The notes under the pieces are model-generated. The model did not search any database. It saw nothing but the letters and a program-made list of their open reading frames with translations, and had not been told where the DNA came from. Made by a program: the position numbers and the translations under genes. Below, piece by piece: positions 1-13,267 of a stretch of 64,000 bases of DNA. The number at the start of each line of letters is the position of its first letter. Position 1 is the first letter of the stretch. Source of the DNA: Xylographa opegraphella (taxonomy: Eukaryota); NCBI GenBank assembly GCA_022813865.1, contig JALDZX010000016.1:372001-436000 (forward strand), written 5' to 3'.

Positions 1-313
1 CAATGAAGTTTTTGTACTTTCTCATGCTGTCCCATAACGAACCAGGCAAAATCATGTATGCTGTAGCAGGATCGAACTGCGTTAGACCTACCCCATCTTT
101 TGCAGCTGTATGGTCCTTGTAGTCTATATTATCCTTTGCGCCTGTTCGCTTCTTCCTTGGTTTCACATCTCCTGGCTTGACATACACAATTGTGAAAGGC
201 GAAGAAGTAACGGGTACAACTTCCAACTCTATTTGCGGCGTTTCCGATCGATCTTCGGCTTCGTTACTTGTCGACGTGGCATAGGATTCCCGCTTGCGCT
301 TTTGGGACACCAT
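1..313 (-). CDS. 5' part of a probable BAH-domain chromatin protein, truncated by the window edge
   Basis: Manual translation from ATG 313 gives MVSQKRKRESYATSTSNE...YMILPGSLWDSMRKYKNFI, open to base 1. It has an NLS-like KRKR and a WxxMxxYxxF segment I recall preceding BAH domains in fungal BAH/PHD proteins. The BAH domain itself lies outside the window. Confidence 0.5.
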   Translation of the reverse strand, partial: MVSQKRKRESYATSTSNEAEDRSETPQIELEVVPVTSSPFTIVYVKPGDVKPRKKRTGAKDNIDYKDHTAAKDGVGLTQFDPATAYMILPGSLWDSMRKYKNFI

Positions 314-969
314 TGTGGAGAACACAGAGGTTGGTGTGATAGCAGGCTCCTTGGGTATATCTTTTTGCGGTAAGTATGTGCATAAGGAGCGCCCCAACTG
401 TAAGAAAGAGAACAGAAGTAACTACATCGCAATTTGTCAGTGAATTTGTGCAAAGCTGACTTGACATGGCTTAGAAACAAACCTGCTTTATGTTGACGAC
501 CAGCCTCTAATACATTCGGAGAAGGTAAGAGAAGCGCAGACGAAGCAGCATTGTCAGAGCTGGCACGCGGTATCACGATGAATCGTGTATCGGAATAGGT
601 TGTGCCGTCAGGCGCGTCATACAGAGAGTGGAGGTTGGAGTGAAAATACAAGACCGGCCAGTATTAAACCTTGCAGCGCTAAGTCTTCCGCGCGTTAGCG
701 TGCAGAACTACTCACAAGTGAGGAATGTTGGTTATCGGCAAAAGTTTCCTCCTCAAAAAGCCAAAAAAAGCTGTAAAATAGCATGGGCATTGATCGTGCA
801 GTGAATAAGAAGATAGATACCGAAGGTTCTAGCATTCTTGAAGGTAACTAATACTCCGGCTTTAGCGATTTTATGACACAAGCGACTGTACGGAGTATTC
901 AAAGGGGTAAAAAAACATCACGAGCACGAGAGGGTCTCAGTGTGATTCTTACCGTATATAAGCTTCGAT

Positions 970-1565
970 TTAAGCAGGCCGTCTCCTGACGAACTCTTCC
1001 AGATCACCCTTCGTAGCGACACCAAGTACAAATCTTCGTGCCCCGTCTGTGACAACTGCGAAGTCCTGCGGTTCACTACCATTTACCCCACCGTTGAAAA
1101 ACTCTTCGAGTTCCTCCAGCGGTGTGTCCATTGTGATGACCTTATAGACACTCCCCTTTCTTCTAAATTTTTGCATGGCTTTATCCACAGAATCGTTGTC
1201 CCTCACTGTTCCATTCTTCAACAGCTGTTTGAGTCTGGGGATATTGAGATAGCCAAGTAATGCTCGAGTATCCTCTGAGACGACAGTCAAATGCGTATAA
1301 TCTCGTTCGTATGCATTAAGCAGAGCTGTTGAAATTGGATCGGTGGGCTTGGAGGAAAGTGCTGGTGGCGGATCCAGGTCTTCAACCGTAGCCTATGAAG
1401 AAGATTCCGGTCAGCAAGCTGTTGTACTCTCGGCAATCTAAAAATACTTACACCACGATATTTATCAGCCCAAGATGATTTGGTTGGTATGATTGGAATC
1501 TCCGGATCAGCCTGAGGACCAACGAAGTCCTGCATAGCCGGCCGCAACGACGATGCCGATGACAT
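970..1565 (-). CDS. Small CBS-domain protein (about 178 aa, 2 exons)
   Basis: Exon 1565-1452, GT-AG intron, exon 1392-970. Joined: ..WADKYRG|ATVEDLDPPPAL..AYERDYTHLTVVSEDTRALLGYL..FAVVTDGARRFVLGVATKGDLEEF, a CBS-pair pattern. Confidence 0.8.
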
Positions 1566-2007
1566 GACTGTAAAAGGATTATGCTATTAGAGACACTAGA
1601 TCGTGAGTCTCATTTCATGGGTCGGGTTGTACAGTAATACTGAGCTTGGGTGTATTGAATTCCGAGCGAACGGTGCTAACAACCTTTGTGGTACGAAGTA
1701 CATCAAAGAATCTTTGACCGTAAGGCTGAATAAGGCAGGGATGTGGTACGTCATAGGACGGGCAGCTATCGCCCGACGCCAGTTGGACTCTTCCCCGCTG
1801 CGCGCAACTATTCGCTTTCACAATTCATGCTTGTTAGAACCGTGACCTATTCGCATTGGCTGCTATAGTCGGAGGTCAAGCTTATAATACCGGAAGGATT
1901 GGCTCGTTTCTGAAGGTATACTTGTTTTCTAATCTCTGAAGTAGAACGGATTGATATACCGGAGATAAGAAGTTTACTGCCGGCTGACCTTTTGTCTATG
2001 TAGCATT

Positions 2008-3491
2008 ATGCCTCTACTTTTTCCGACTCAGGCTACTCTTCAAGAGATCTTTGCCACTCAGTCGACGTTGTATCAACGATCTGTTCAATCTGAAAGTTCC
2101 AGCCTACCTCAGCAACCTGGCAAGGATCTCTTTCCCGCCTGGAGCGCAGTGGATGATGTGAAGAGCAAGGCAGGGCAGCTTAGTAATGAAGCTCAAAGAG
2201 AGATTTCAAAAGCCAGTGCAGCAGCGCAAGCTAAAGCTGGACACATTGAGCTTTACTCTATGAAATACTAGTAAGCTGCCATCAAAGTAAATGCTGAACA
2301 GATATGCTGACGGCATCTTGAATAGTGCTGCCTGCACTTTAGGTGGTCTCTTGGCCTGTGTAGGTACAATTTAACCATGGATGCTGAGTATCTTACTTAC
2401 TTATAGCCAGGGTGTTACTCATACAGCTGTTACACCTCTTGACCTCGTCAAGTGCCGTCGCCAAGTGGACTCGAAGATGTACAAGGGCAATTTCGAGGCA
2501 TGGGGCAAGATCGGACGTGCTGAGGGCTTTCGCGGTGTATATACCGGCTGGAGTCCAACCTTCTTTGGCTACTCTGTATTCGACCCGCATACTGTAACAG
2601 CAGGGATAATAAGTTGACTGAACTCGATAGGCACAAGGAGCTTTCAAATATGGTGGCTATGAATACTTTAAAAAGTTCTACTCCGACCTTGCAGGAGAAG
2701 ATATGGCATACCGCTATAAGACATCCATCTATTTGACTGCCAGTGCATCTGCGGAATTCATTGCCGATATTGCTCTTTGTCCTTTTGAAGCTGTCAAGGT
2801 TCGCATGCAAACTACTATTCCGCCTTTTGCAACTGGTACCTTCAATGGAATCACCAACATCACTAGTAAGGAAGGCTTTGCCGGGTAAGCTCATACTGAA
2901 TGCACTCAATGCTCTGTACTAAGAAATGCTCAGTTTGTATAAAGGACTCTACCCTCTCTGGGGACGCCAGATTCCGTACACAATGATGAAGTTCGCCTCG
3001 TTTGAAACGATTGTGGAGATGATCTATGGCTATCTACCGGGCAAGAAGTCGGACTACGGCAAAGGAGCACAAACCGGTGTCTCGTTCGCTGGTGGCTACC
3101 TAGCCGGCATACTTTGTGCTATTGTCTCACACCCTGCAGATGTGATGGTAAGTAAATTAAACGCCAACCGTCAACGTGGAGAAGCTTTTGGCGCAGCAAT
3201 GGGGAGAATTTATAAGGACATCGGATTCAGCGGCCTTTGGAATGGCTTGGCCGTTAGGATCGTCATGATCGGAACTCTGACCGGATTACAATGGATGATG
3301 TATGTATCTCGAGCTTTATTTCTGCAAATATCACTAACACAGTTCCATAGTTACGACAGCTTCAAGATCTTCATGGGTAAGCTAAGCGCGGTGTTTGGTA
3401 ATCTGTGGTCCTATTACTGATTTTCTGCACAGGACTTCCGACAACTGGTGGAGCAGCCCCACCTCCAAAGAAAGAGATCTCGATGCCGTAG
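2008..3491 (+). CDS. PIC2: Mitochondrial phosphate carrier (Pic2/Mir1 family), multi-exon
   Basis: Three carrier motifs [16 protein letters not shown] and [21 protein letters not shown]; last exon GLPTTGG...MP stop at 3491; canonical introns. Confidence 0.93.
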
Positions 3492-6125
3492 TTCAGGTGA
3501 AGCCACGGAAGCCTATTATGTACATTAATCTATCGTGGTTCGGGGGTGAAACTTCGAATTTTTTTTGCATTACTACAATTGCATATTTTGCAGAGCTATC
3601 ACGATGGTTAATCAATCTTACAAGCACTTCATTTCAAAGAAAGGTAAAGTAACAAGCTTCAAGTGGTATATGCACAACCATTACTTCAACCTCATTATAT
3701 ACCAAAACGCACCACTATTTTCTTACAAGTCCTTGCTTGCTACTTATGTTTAATACCTTCGGTTACAGTCTCCAGAATATATGCTTGCCAATCAGCTACT
3801 TGCTCAAGATTCACTTTACAAAAGCCGATACTCTGGGGTCTGCTCTTTAAGATTACCCAGCAGGCGAGTAGGTGAAGAAATGCCAGTGTCAGCCGTGAGT
3901 TGGCCTCCTATAAGACACTACTTGTTGATCCGTAGATATTTTCTTTCTGGTTTACTTCCAAGTTCCCACTCTCACGACAGAATGTTTATTCTCAATTTTT
4001 CTCCATTGGATCCAAACTTCTTAAGCTCATCATCTTGATAGCTTCATATAATACTTCCAATCAAAAGACAGAACTGACTACAATGATAAACTTGTACTTG
4101 AACAAAACAGGAAGACTGGCAGCAGCAACAGAATCTCAGAATGAAGAAGACTTTACGACTCTCATGGCCAGTCTCAAGTGGCAGACAGTGACCGTTCCTA
4201 ATCCTCGTTCAATCTTCGATGACTGGCCTTCTAGCAGTAATCCATACCGGATCGTTCGAACCAGTATGATGGGATCGTGGACCATAAGGTAAGAGAAGTT
4301 GATCCTTCTGTTCTACTGACAACTAACTAAACATGATATCTAGCTTTCTACCAGGGAAGTACATACCTCCGCAAAGGGACATGACTTGCGCTCTTTCTTG
4401 GTTTCCTGCTATATGTTGGTCTCTTGCAGAACTGCGTGAACTGTACATTTTCAGCTGTCCCATGGGTTGGCTTTTCCTATGGCATAACACGGTTCGCGAG
4501 TCGCTTGGCGCTCGCATGTACGACAGCCGCGCTTAGGACTAGGATCGGACCTATCCTAATCAGGGGGTAGCCGTACTAGCCCCCATCATAATAGCCGCTA
4601 TCGTAGGCAAGGACACAAAGGACTTCTTCCAACATTGTCTTGGTTTTATATACCATGAGAAAACACACACACAGAGCTCCATCAAGGATGGTATTGAACT
4701 CCTTGGACAATATTTCTACCTGTCAAGGGTTAAACAAATCACTACGCTGTCCTGAAGAAACTGGAGTCCATCATCCACATCATCAAGAGCATCGGCGATC
4801 AGATTCCCTCTGCCTACACCATCCGTAGGCGTCTCCGCTGCCTTTTGGAGCGAGGTATCGTTTGATATACATCATCTGCAACCGCTGCCAGTTCCACCAT
4901 AGAGCAGCGTGAGACATTCCCCGATATAAATACACATATATCGAGCTTCCCAACTGTCGCAAACGTCAACAAGTACTGGGAGATGCGTCAGTCCCAGCGG
5001 ATGCGGAATTGCAGTTGCCCTTCCCGAGTGAGACTCTTCTGACTCATCTACTTCATGAGAGCCTATATTTATTGCTTGCCAGGCTTGCAAACAAGAATCG
5101 TGTACCATTTACGATCATGTAGGATGATGATATCAAAGCCTTGACTAACGACACTTCTGAAATCGTTTTGATTTAAGGGGTATCAATGTTTGCAAGGGTG
5201 CTCATAGCACTAATGGGACACGGGACCAATGATCTGTTGTCTTTACAGGAGTTTGTGCTCATTATAATAGTGGCTCTTATGTGAATGACTTGAAGCACCG
5301 ACAGTGTCACGGTCCCAGAGATCCACATCTTACATCGTGAATCACATTTCCTCGCTTTCGCTGGAAAAGGACACTGGGACTTACAACTCGAAATCAACGA
5401 AGCTGTCGGATACATCAGGGCAGCCCTCGAACGTTCATCCCCGCAGCGTGGATTTTATCTGAGCCTTGCAGTGGCCTGATATCGTTGGTGCATCTCCGCG
5501 CCTTCGTTTACGGATGCCGGGAGTATTTGCTCGGGGAATCTGGAGTGGAGGTAGGCTTGCCCTCAAAGTCTTCAGTACCAATAGTTTACTAATCATTGAA
5601 TAGCTCGCAATCTGGAGGGGTAGACTCAAAGGTGTCCTTGAAATACGATGGTAGCCTCAAATTCGTATTGGTAGCCAGCTGCCGCTTCTGGAGGGGGCAA
5701 GATGGCGGTAGTCCACATTAGTGGAATCGTAATAGTAGATAGCTTTCAAGTGTTTCTTGTTATCCTCTGCTTCACTGTTCCACTTTCATGCAATGTGGTT
5801 TCCAAGCCAGGGCCTAGGATCTGGTGAACTTGGTAGATGCCTGTGGACCGACACGGTGAGAGACATATATCGGTCCCAACAAGTGGGTCATATGATCGCA
5901 GTCTCTAGAATGACCTTATTAAACAACAATGTAACACTCTGGCTCCTTAGATCAATTGTCGACTGATACTCCTATGTGGCTGATAATGATCCACCTCAGG
6001 ATATTGACGCCACAAAAAGACGTCATACCTTGCTCATAGCGAGAGCCATCAGCCAAGCATCAAACATCAAGTCTTCCCGATTTCAAGCGCTTTCCACCAG
6101 CAATTGATAATCAGACCTTTTAGTC

Positions 6126-7438
6126 ATGACGGACACACCTATGGTATCTCACGGTCGAGGGGGTAAGTTAACTATATCCTAGGTCCACGCCAAGCAACTA
6201 AGCGCTAACATACAACAAAGGGACTGCAAACATCCGCAAAGACAACACACCGTAAGCACCCCCTCACTTCGGCTATCGGTGTTCCCAGTGATACCACGGC
6301 TAGCTGATGGAGCTCAACACGCGCGCTACTCACCCAATGTCGTTCCCATTTGCTAACCGAAGCGCACTCAATCGCTTAGCTATGCCGATGGCGGCATTAT
6401 TCGTGAGGGCCCGGTAGGCGATCAGGGTGACGGGGCGTACAGCACAGGGGTATATCTTCCTCTTTCCATTTCTGCTTTTTCTGTTTGTTCTTCTTTTCAA
6501 GTTGCACACCTGAAAGTACTCTTCAACCTTCAGAACATTCTCCCGCTCACGGCCTGCTTCGGGACATCGCTCTGTCGTAAGCTACTGTACCGATGAGGAT
6601 AATTGTCCTATCCCTGTCGCCAACCCTCCACTTGGCATCAAAGGGCCATTGAGGAGTGGAATGGAGTGATCCACTGCAGAGTCAGTCAGAGCATTTGAGC
6701 CGGCCAACTTCAAGAAAATCGCTTACCGCGCAGCCGGCTTCGTTCGCTCCGATTCCACCATGTACGGATCCCATACACCCGGGCGCCATGAATACGGGCC
6801 GACAGGAGTACCTCGCCAACGTCGAACTTGACCTTATACGACGTCGTCAGCTTTCAAAAAAAATTAACCCCCCCGCAGCAGGAACGATAGCCAAACCATT
6901 GATTCATTCTTCAGTCCCAACCAAGCAATACTACCCCAATTTACCCTCAATCTTTCAAGCACAAGCACTAACATCCCCCACAACAGCGAGGCGGAGCCGC
7001 CAACATCGAGTCTCCCCGGATCCCCGCCCCCCACAACGGCTCCGCACACGACACGGAGGTGATCCCAGAGCTGGCGCTGCGCCGCGAGTCTCAAATGAAC
7101 ACGCACACGGGAGTAAGTCGCTACCGGCACTGTCCCCCATCCACCAACACTCTCGCTATAGTCAATGACTGGACTGACCGGACCACAGCGCGGTGGAGCT
7201 GCCAACGTCCACCACGTCTCCTCCCCCGCCCCAGCCTCTGCTGCCTCCGGCCTGGCCAATACGCCAGTCGAGCAGCAGAACCATCATGTCGGGGTAAGTA
7301 GATTCTTTGTCCTGCCCGTTGCGTATATGTGCTCACCCACGCTAGCGCGGCGGCGAAGGGAACGTGCAGCACAATGGTGAGCAGTACGAAGGCCCACTGG
7401 ATACGCTGAAGCAGATATTCACCAGCAAGAAGAAGTAG
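6126..7438 (+). CDS. DUF3602-type small protein with GRGGxxN repeats (6 exons)
   Basis: Exons 6126-6162, 6221-6251, 6380-6449, 6987-7112, 7189-7293 and 7346-7438 join in frame: MTDTPMVSHGRGGTANIRKDNTPYADGGIIREGPVGDQGDGAYSTGRGGAANI...HTGRGGAANV...HVGRGGEGNV...KKK. Not visible as such in the ORF track. Confidence 0.85.
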
Positions 7439-7842
7439 GGTTGAGGTGTAGACGTTGGCGCGGCGTCATGCAAGCTGCGATGTGTCAGTCGAATAGGTAC
7501 TGAGAATTTATTGCACAGCCAATAGTCATATGGGACTCATTGTGATAATGGCTTTGAAGCTAAAATAGTAAATTCCGATAAGCTTTTTCTTTGCACAGAG
7601 GGAACAACTTTATTAACAACTGCACGATTCGATCATCGTGAAGTAGCGTAGAGAATATGTGTATTAATTCATGCCAGTGCCATGGCAACGTCGTACGTCA
7701 TATTCACTGCACAGTCCAAAGGAAATAAAAATAGTGGTTAAGGTTCTGGTAATTTGTGGTCATTGTGTTGATCAGTATTATGCAAGCATCGTGAGGCAAG
7801 AAGCTTTTACTACCATTGTAAATACTCCTACAATTCCAACCC

Positions 7843-10023
7843 CTATCTTACATACTTGAACCTCCTTGTCGCGTACGCAGCCCCTAGGGAGCTCAATGCC
7901 CCAATGAACAAACACACCGAAATGGCATTGATTCCCTCTCCCTTTCCCTTTTCTGCCGCCTCATTGGCAAGCTCCCCCTCCTGCTCCGTTAGCTCTTTGT
8001 GAGGCCCCGGCTCGAAAATCGCAAAAACGATCATGCTGATGAAAGTGCCGACAAATTGAGGGAGGGTGGTGAACAGGTTCAAGATCCCTAAGTATATACC
8101 AGCTGTCTCGCCGGTTGACGCAGTTGGTGCTGGAGAATCCAAATCACGGTCGAGATGGTGAAGGCGAAGGATTTGTGGTGAGGAAGGGGGTGAGTCGATG
8201 TCGACAGCGAGAGAGGAAAGTGGAATAGGATCGGTAGAGAGGCGATTGTATGAGGACGGGTTGTGGGCAAGAAGGGAAGGAGAGGAAGGTGCCGCGGCGC
8301 GATTTATCTCGACACCAATGAAAGTGAATGGAGCCCATGAGGCGAGTGCCCAGGGCCTGAGAGCAGAAGGTTAGTCAAATTAGGCACTGAATATGTGAAA
8401 GCACTGAGATTGAGAAATTCGGTAGGACGGTGCTTAGGATAGGAACCGACGTACATTCCGCAAATTGCTATGAGAATAGTTGCAAAACGTAACGAGTGAA
8501 CGAATGGAGTCAGAGACATTGCCGTAGCAAAGACGAGATGGCCGATTAGCCATGCGGTGAGAAGGTCGGGCTTGTGCTTATAGATCGCATTGAGGAAAGG
8601 CGCCAAGATAGGCAGTGGTCGTGGAGTGAAAGGACGCTTGGTGTCTTCAGGTGACTTGACGACCATGGGTAGGAATACCGAGCCAGAAAAAGTGACAACG
8701 GAAAATATAACAAGCGCGAGACTACCAATACGGCCAATCTCACCAAGCTTATCCGCCGAGTCCTTGATTGTGTTAGGCGCCGCATAACGGAAATATGTTT
8801 CGCCAACCCAAGTAGGACTGTAGAACAAGAATGGGAACCAGCCTGCTAATCTTAGTCATCTGAGAAGCGTGAGAGTTGGTGAGCAGGAACAAACCTATCC
8901 ATGCCCAGAACTGGATCCAGCATATGGCCTGTATCCTCCGTGGCAGATGCATGGTGGCATTGAAAATCTTCATTACCGTTTGAAAAGCGCCCAGCTTGGC
9001 ATCCGAGCCTCTGCATTGCACTTTAGCCTTATTCTAGCTACCCGAAATTCGTCATTCTATACTTAGCTGAAACCAAGATACGCTCCTGCACAGCGTAAGA
9101 GGTCACGGCAACTGCAAACAGTAAGGCTAGCGCCGCAATTACAGTTAATTTCTTGAATTGTGTGTCGCCGAATGAACTGCCCAACAGCTTGACAAGATCA
9201 ATAGTGCCGATCCCGTAGCCTATTAAGTGACCAATACCGGCCATCCTGCTCGCTTCAGGATTTCAGTATTCTGCACAAACATGAGACAGAGGCAGAGCTC
9301 ACCCCAGGCAGAGCCCAGTTGCTGCTGTTCAACCGGTAAAGTATCAATAATGAGACTTCGACATGCAGATTGCACTACATAGTTGTAAGACGGGACTTTG
9401 GAACCGTGTACCTTGAGAACTACTTACCTGCGTTGATGGCGAAGTCCACAGCATATATGCTGAGGACGGCAAGAGTAATTGTCCAGGTGGCTTTCTGTTC
9501 AGACTATCAAACATCGTACCATGTACTGTTGGAGGATAACTCACAGCGTCCGCATTTGTCACTAAGGCCCCGACAATCTCCGCTGTCCAGCCCAAGACAA
9601 GAAGACAAAATGCCACAATAATAGAGCCCCCAATCATGAATGGTCGTCGTCTTCCCCACTTGGATCTCGAGTTGTCCGCAATCACTCCCACAAGCGGCTG
9701 CATTATAAGTCCAGATAGCGGTCCAGCGATCCATACCATCGATGTACGACTTTTGGTGAGTCCGAGTTGTAAAAGATAAGGTGTACAATCTGCGACTGTA
9801 ACTTAATTAAGGGTCAAAACATCTCAGGGACATGCGAGCATACAGGTCATTTCGATGCCCCAAGTAAATCTAAAGAGATTGACATGTGTTAGAAATGAGA
9901 AAAGACGATTTGGTGTACTTACTGCAAGCCAACCAAGCTGAAAGTCAGAAGCGCCATGCGGATCGATTCTGTAGAGCCTTTGATTGAAGGTGTACCCGAC
10001 CATTGCGATGCGGCCTGGGGCAT
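7843..10023 (-). CDS. Sucrose/alpha-glucoside transporter (GPH/SUT1-like MFS), multi-exon
   Basis: MPQAASQWSGTPSIKG.., FTWGIEMT, WIAGPLSGLIMQPLVGVIADNSRSKWGRRRPF, ICWIQFWAWIG, GIYLGILNLFTTLPQF. Confidence 0.92.
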
Positions 10024-10520
10024 TGCGCCTTTCAAAGGTTTCTTGCTCGCAAGTCACATATGCGAATGATTGCGAACATTTATGGATAGCTGATCTCAAG
10101 CTATCCTGCAGCCAAAGTTATGTTGCATTGTCGAAAGCAAGCAATGGCTTTCTTCCTCGGGGAACTACGGAGCTACAGTAAACATCTACATCTCGCGACT
10201 ACGGAAGTTAGGGCGCCAAGTGGCGGAACCCGTTCGTAGGGCTGATGAGGCTTTGCTATTTGCGGATCCGTCAATCGAACCGCAAATCTCTTGGTCGCGT
10301 CACAGAGGCGGATTACACGGGGGCAAAATATGAATAAGGTAGACATCTATAACTGTTACGCTAGTTACACGACCTGTAGTCTTGTCCTCAGGAATTACTT
10401 CACTATACGAAGTACAAGAGTCCTTATATCAAACATCGAGATCAACGCTAGTAACGGTTTGTCTAAGTGGGGGCGCAGTGTATGTGCAGTATAGTCCAAA
10501 TGACAGCTCAGAACACTTGA

Positions 10521-12369
10521 CTAGGGCTTGCTCTGCTTCGTCTCTGTCATCGGCCACTGGTATCCAGCAGGATCACTGAACTTATAACCATAAGAGGACG
10601 TAAAATCGTCCAAGACGGCAGGGCCTCGAGAGCCTAATGAGCGAATCAGCACCACTCTTTGGAGCAGGGTTTACACGCTTAACATACCATACGGATATTC
10701 CATTGGGACTATCTCCTTGTTTCCATCCAAGTAATGGAGTAATGGTGAGAAGATCCTCCAACTGGCATCCAGCTCGTCGTCGCGAACAAAGTTGGAATGA
10801 TCACCCTTGAGCGCATCCAGTATCAGAGATTCATAGGCCTCAGGAATCTTCAAATCCGAGAATCGTCGTCGATATGTAAGGTCAAGCTCCGTTTGTACAG
10901 TTTGCATGCTCAGACCGGGCAACTTAGAGTTCATCTTGATATAAACAGATTCATTGGGCTGCACCCGAATGACAAGTTCGTTTCGTGGGATATTCTGGAA
11001 AATACCAGACGTCACATCTTTGAACTGTATGCGCACCTCGGTCTTCTGCTCATTCAATGCTATGTCTGGTTAGCAAGATTTAATCCATTAGTGAAAGCTT
11101 CTACATACCCTTCCCAGCTTTCAAGATGAATGGAACACCGTCCCACCGTTCGTTCTTTATGTTTAGCACCATCGCACAGAATGTCGGACATCTCGATTCC
11201 TTCGGTACGGTGTCATCCTCTTTGTAGCCAGGCTTATTACCGTCCAGCGACTTGCCATATTGACCAATTATAACATTCTTGGGTTCTATGGCTGGGATCC
11301 CTCGAAGGACTCTAACTTTCTCATCACGGATGTCCTCGGAGGAGAATGATATAGGCCTTTCCATGGCAAGAAGCGTTAAGACTTGGAGTAAATGATTTTG
11401 CATAACATCACGTATGATGCCAAACTCGTCGAAATAACCCCCGCGCCCTTCCGTGCCGAACGGCTCCTTGAAAGTGATCTGGACGTTGTCGATGTGCCGA
11501 CGATTCCAGGTTGCACCGAAGAATTCATTTCCAAACCTCAAAATCAGGATGTTCTTGACCATCTCCTTGCCTAAGTAATGATCAATACGGAAGATCTCTT
11601 CCTCTTTCCAATTGGGCTCAAGAGCTGATTGGAGTTCTCTCGAGCTCTCCAGGTCTTTGCCGAAAGGCTTTTCCACAATGATCCTCGATATCCCTTTCTC
11701 TGGATAACAGTTCTTCTTCAAATGCTGTGAGACCGCGATAAATACGCTTGGAGGTAATGCCATGTAAAAAATGCGATTTGACTCCGGCTGACCCTTCTCA
11801 AGCTCCTCGAGCTTTTTCCGTAACTTGACGAAAGATTCGTCATCGTCATATTGCCCAGACACGTACGAACACTTGTCGCAGAAATCCTTAAGCTGGTCTT
11901 CCATTTCTGGTGTTGGCGTTTTGATGTGGGATTTGACCCGCTTGAGATATTCCTCGTGGTCCATCTTGGTTCGGGCATAGCCGACTATTTTGAGACCTTT
12001 GGGAAGGAATTGGTTTCGATGCTAGAGTTCGTATGTTAGATTGATATTCAAAAGAACACATGTCGTGCCGTCTTACCAAGCCGAAAAGCGCTGGGAACTG
12101 TTATCACTTAGTCAGTGCAACAGGTACGGTAATGGTGGCAGTCGGAGTTTTATACAGTTTTTTTCTTCGCAAGATCGCCTGAAGCTCCCAGAACAACTAT
12201 GACAGTATTGTCTTTGAGCTCAATGGTACTATTGGGGTTTAGTAGAAGTTTTGTTACATCTCGTGCACACCAAGCTTGCAATTACACAGCTTGTGGGTCA
12301 CGTCACAGAACATAGAAAGGCTCACCCTGCATTTTCAGGCTCGCTTGGTTTGATCACTGTATCAGTCAT
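10521..12369 (-). CDS. ZWF1: Glucose-6-phosphate 1-dehydrogenase
   Basis: GASGDLAKKKT NADP motif, RIDHYLGKE active-site peptide, EKPFG, last exon GSRGP...YQWP; start ATG 12369, stop 10521. Confidence 0.97.
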
Positions 12370-13267
12370 GATCTCGGATTAACGATTTAGAGCTCGAAGA
12401 GACGCTGTGCGAAATCAATCTGGTGTTGGTTGAGTTGAAAGCTCCAATGTTGTGGGCGGTACACGATGGTGGGGCGCTCAACAGGAGGAGCAGAGGCGGA
12501 AATCCCGGCCCTTACGACATTGGCCTGGCAGCACGGGTAAAAGTTTAGTAAGCCTGATCGAGTTCACGATTTATGCAGGCAACGCTCAAACAAGCCAATA
12601 AGCATTCACCACGAACGGTCAACTTTGCTGAATATTCGTATTTATAAGGAGGGGCTCGTGATTACTACTCTCACTTCACTCCAAATGTGGCGGTATTCCA
12701 TTAAACACGCAAATGAGTGGGCGAAACTGGTTACTGCAGACCTATCCGAGATGCCCTAATTCATACAGTAATGTATGGGTATGTCTGCGGTCATTGTGAA
12801 TTGTGGAAGTGCCGGCGACATCGGCTCAGCAACGCTCGTAATGGGCGGAGGACGTCATTCCTTAGTAGCACCTCCCATGGATGAAGCAACAAGGTATGAC
12901 TTCAAAAGTATACGCTACAAGCATGCACACGAATGATAAGGCATAATCTAGAGTTCAGATATTGTTACTGAGCTGATATTGATTAACGGTGACACGGATA
13001 GAATTATTTCATCATAGCGACAACGGAAAGTTAACAGATGGAGGCGATAGTCTCGAGTACGAGTATTTTAGCGACCTCGAACCCTATAAGCGAGCGCTAG
13101 GCCTATAACGCATTAGTGTACAGCACCACAAATTCCATATCGTGAATCAACCAGCAAAAGGCTCAAGCGACAAATCAAAATACTCAACCAAAAGCATCCG
13201 TACAGTGCGGTCGTCTCGCTTTCCATAAATATACCAGCTCTGATCACGCTGAGATCGCGCTGTCATC

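Noticed and set aside
4860..5970. Short coding-looking ORFs in the 3.5-6.1 kb gap
   Set aside because: Broken by stops, with no motif or consistent exon chain identified.
6592..6700. Possible C/D snoRNA in the long intron (gatgagga C-box-like)
   Set aside because: Imperfect C box, with no well-placed CTGA D box or terminal stem found.
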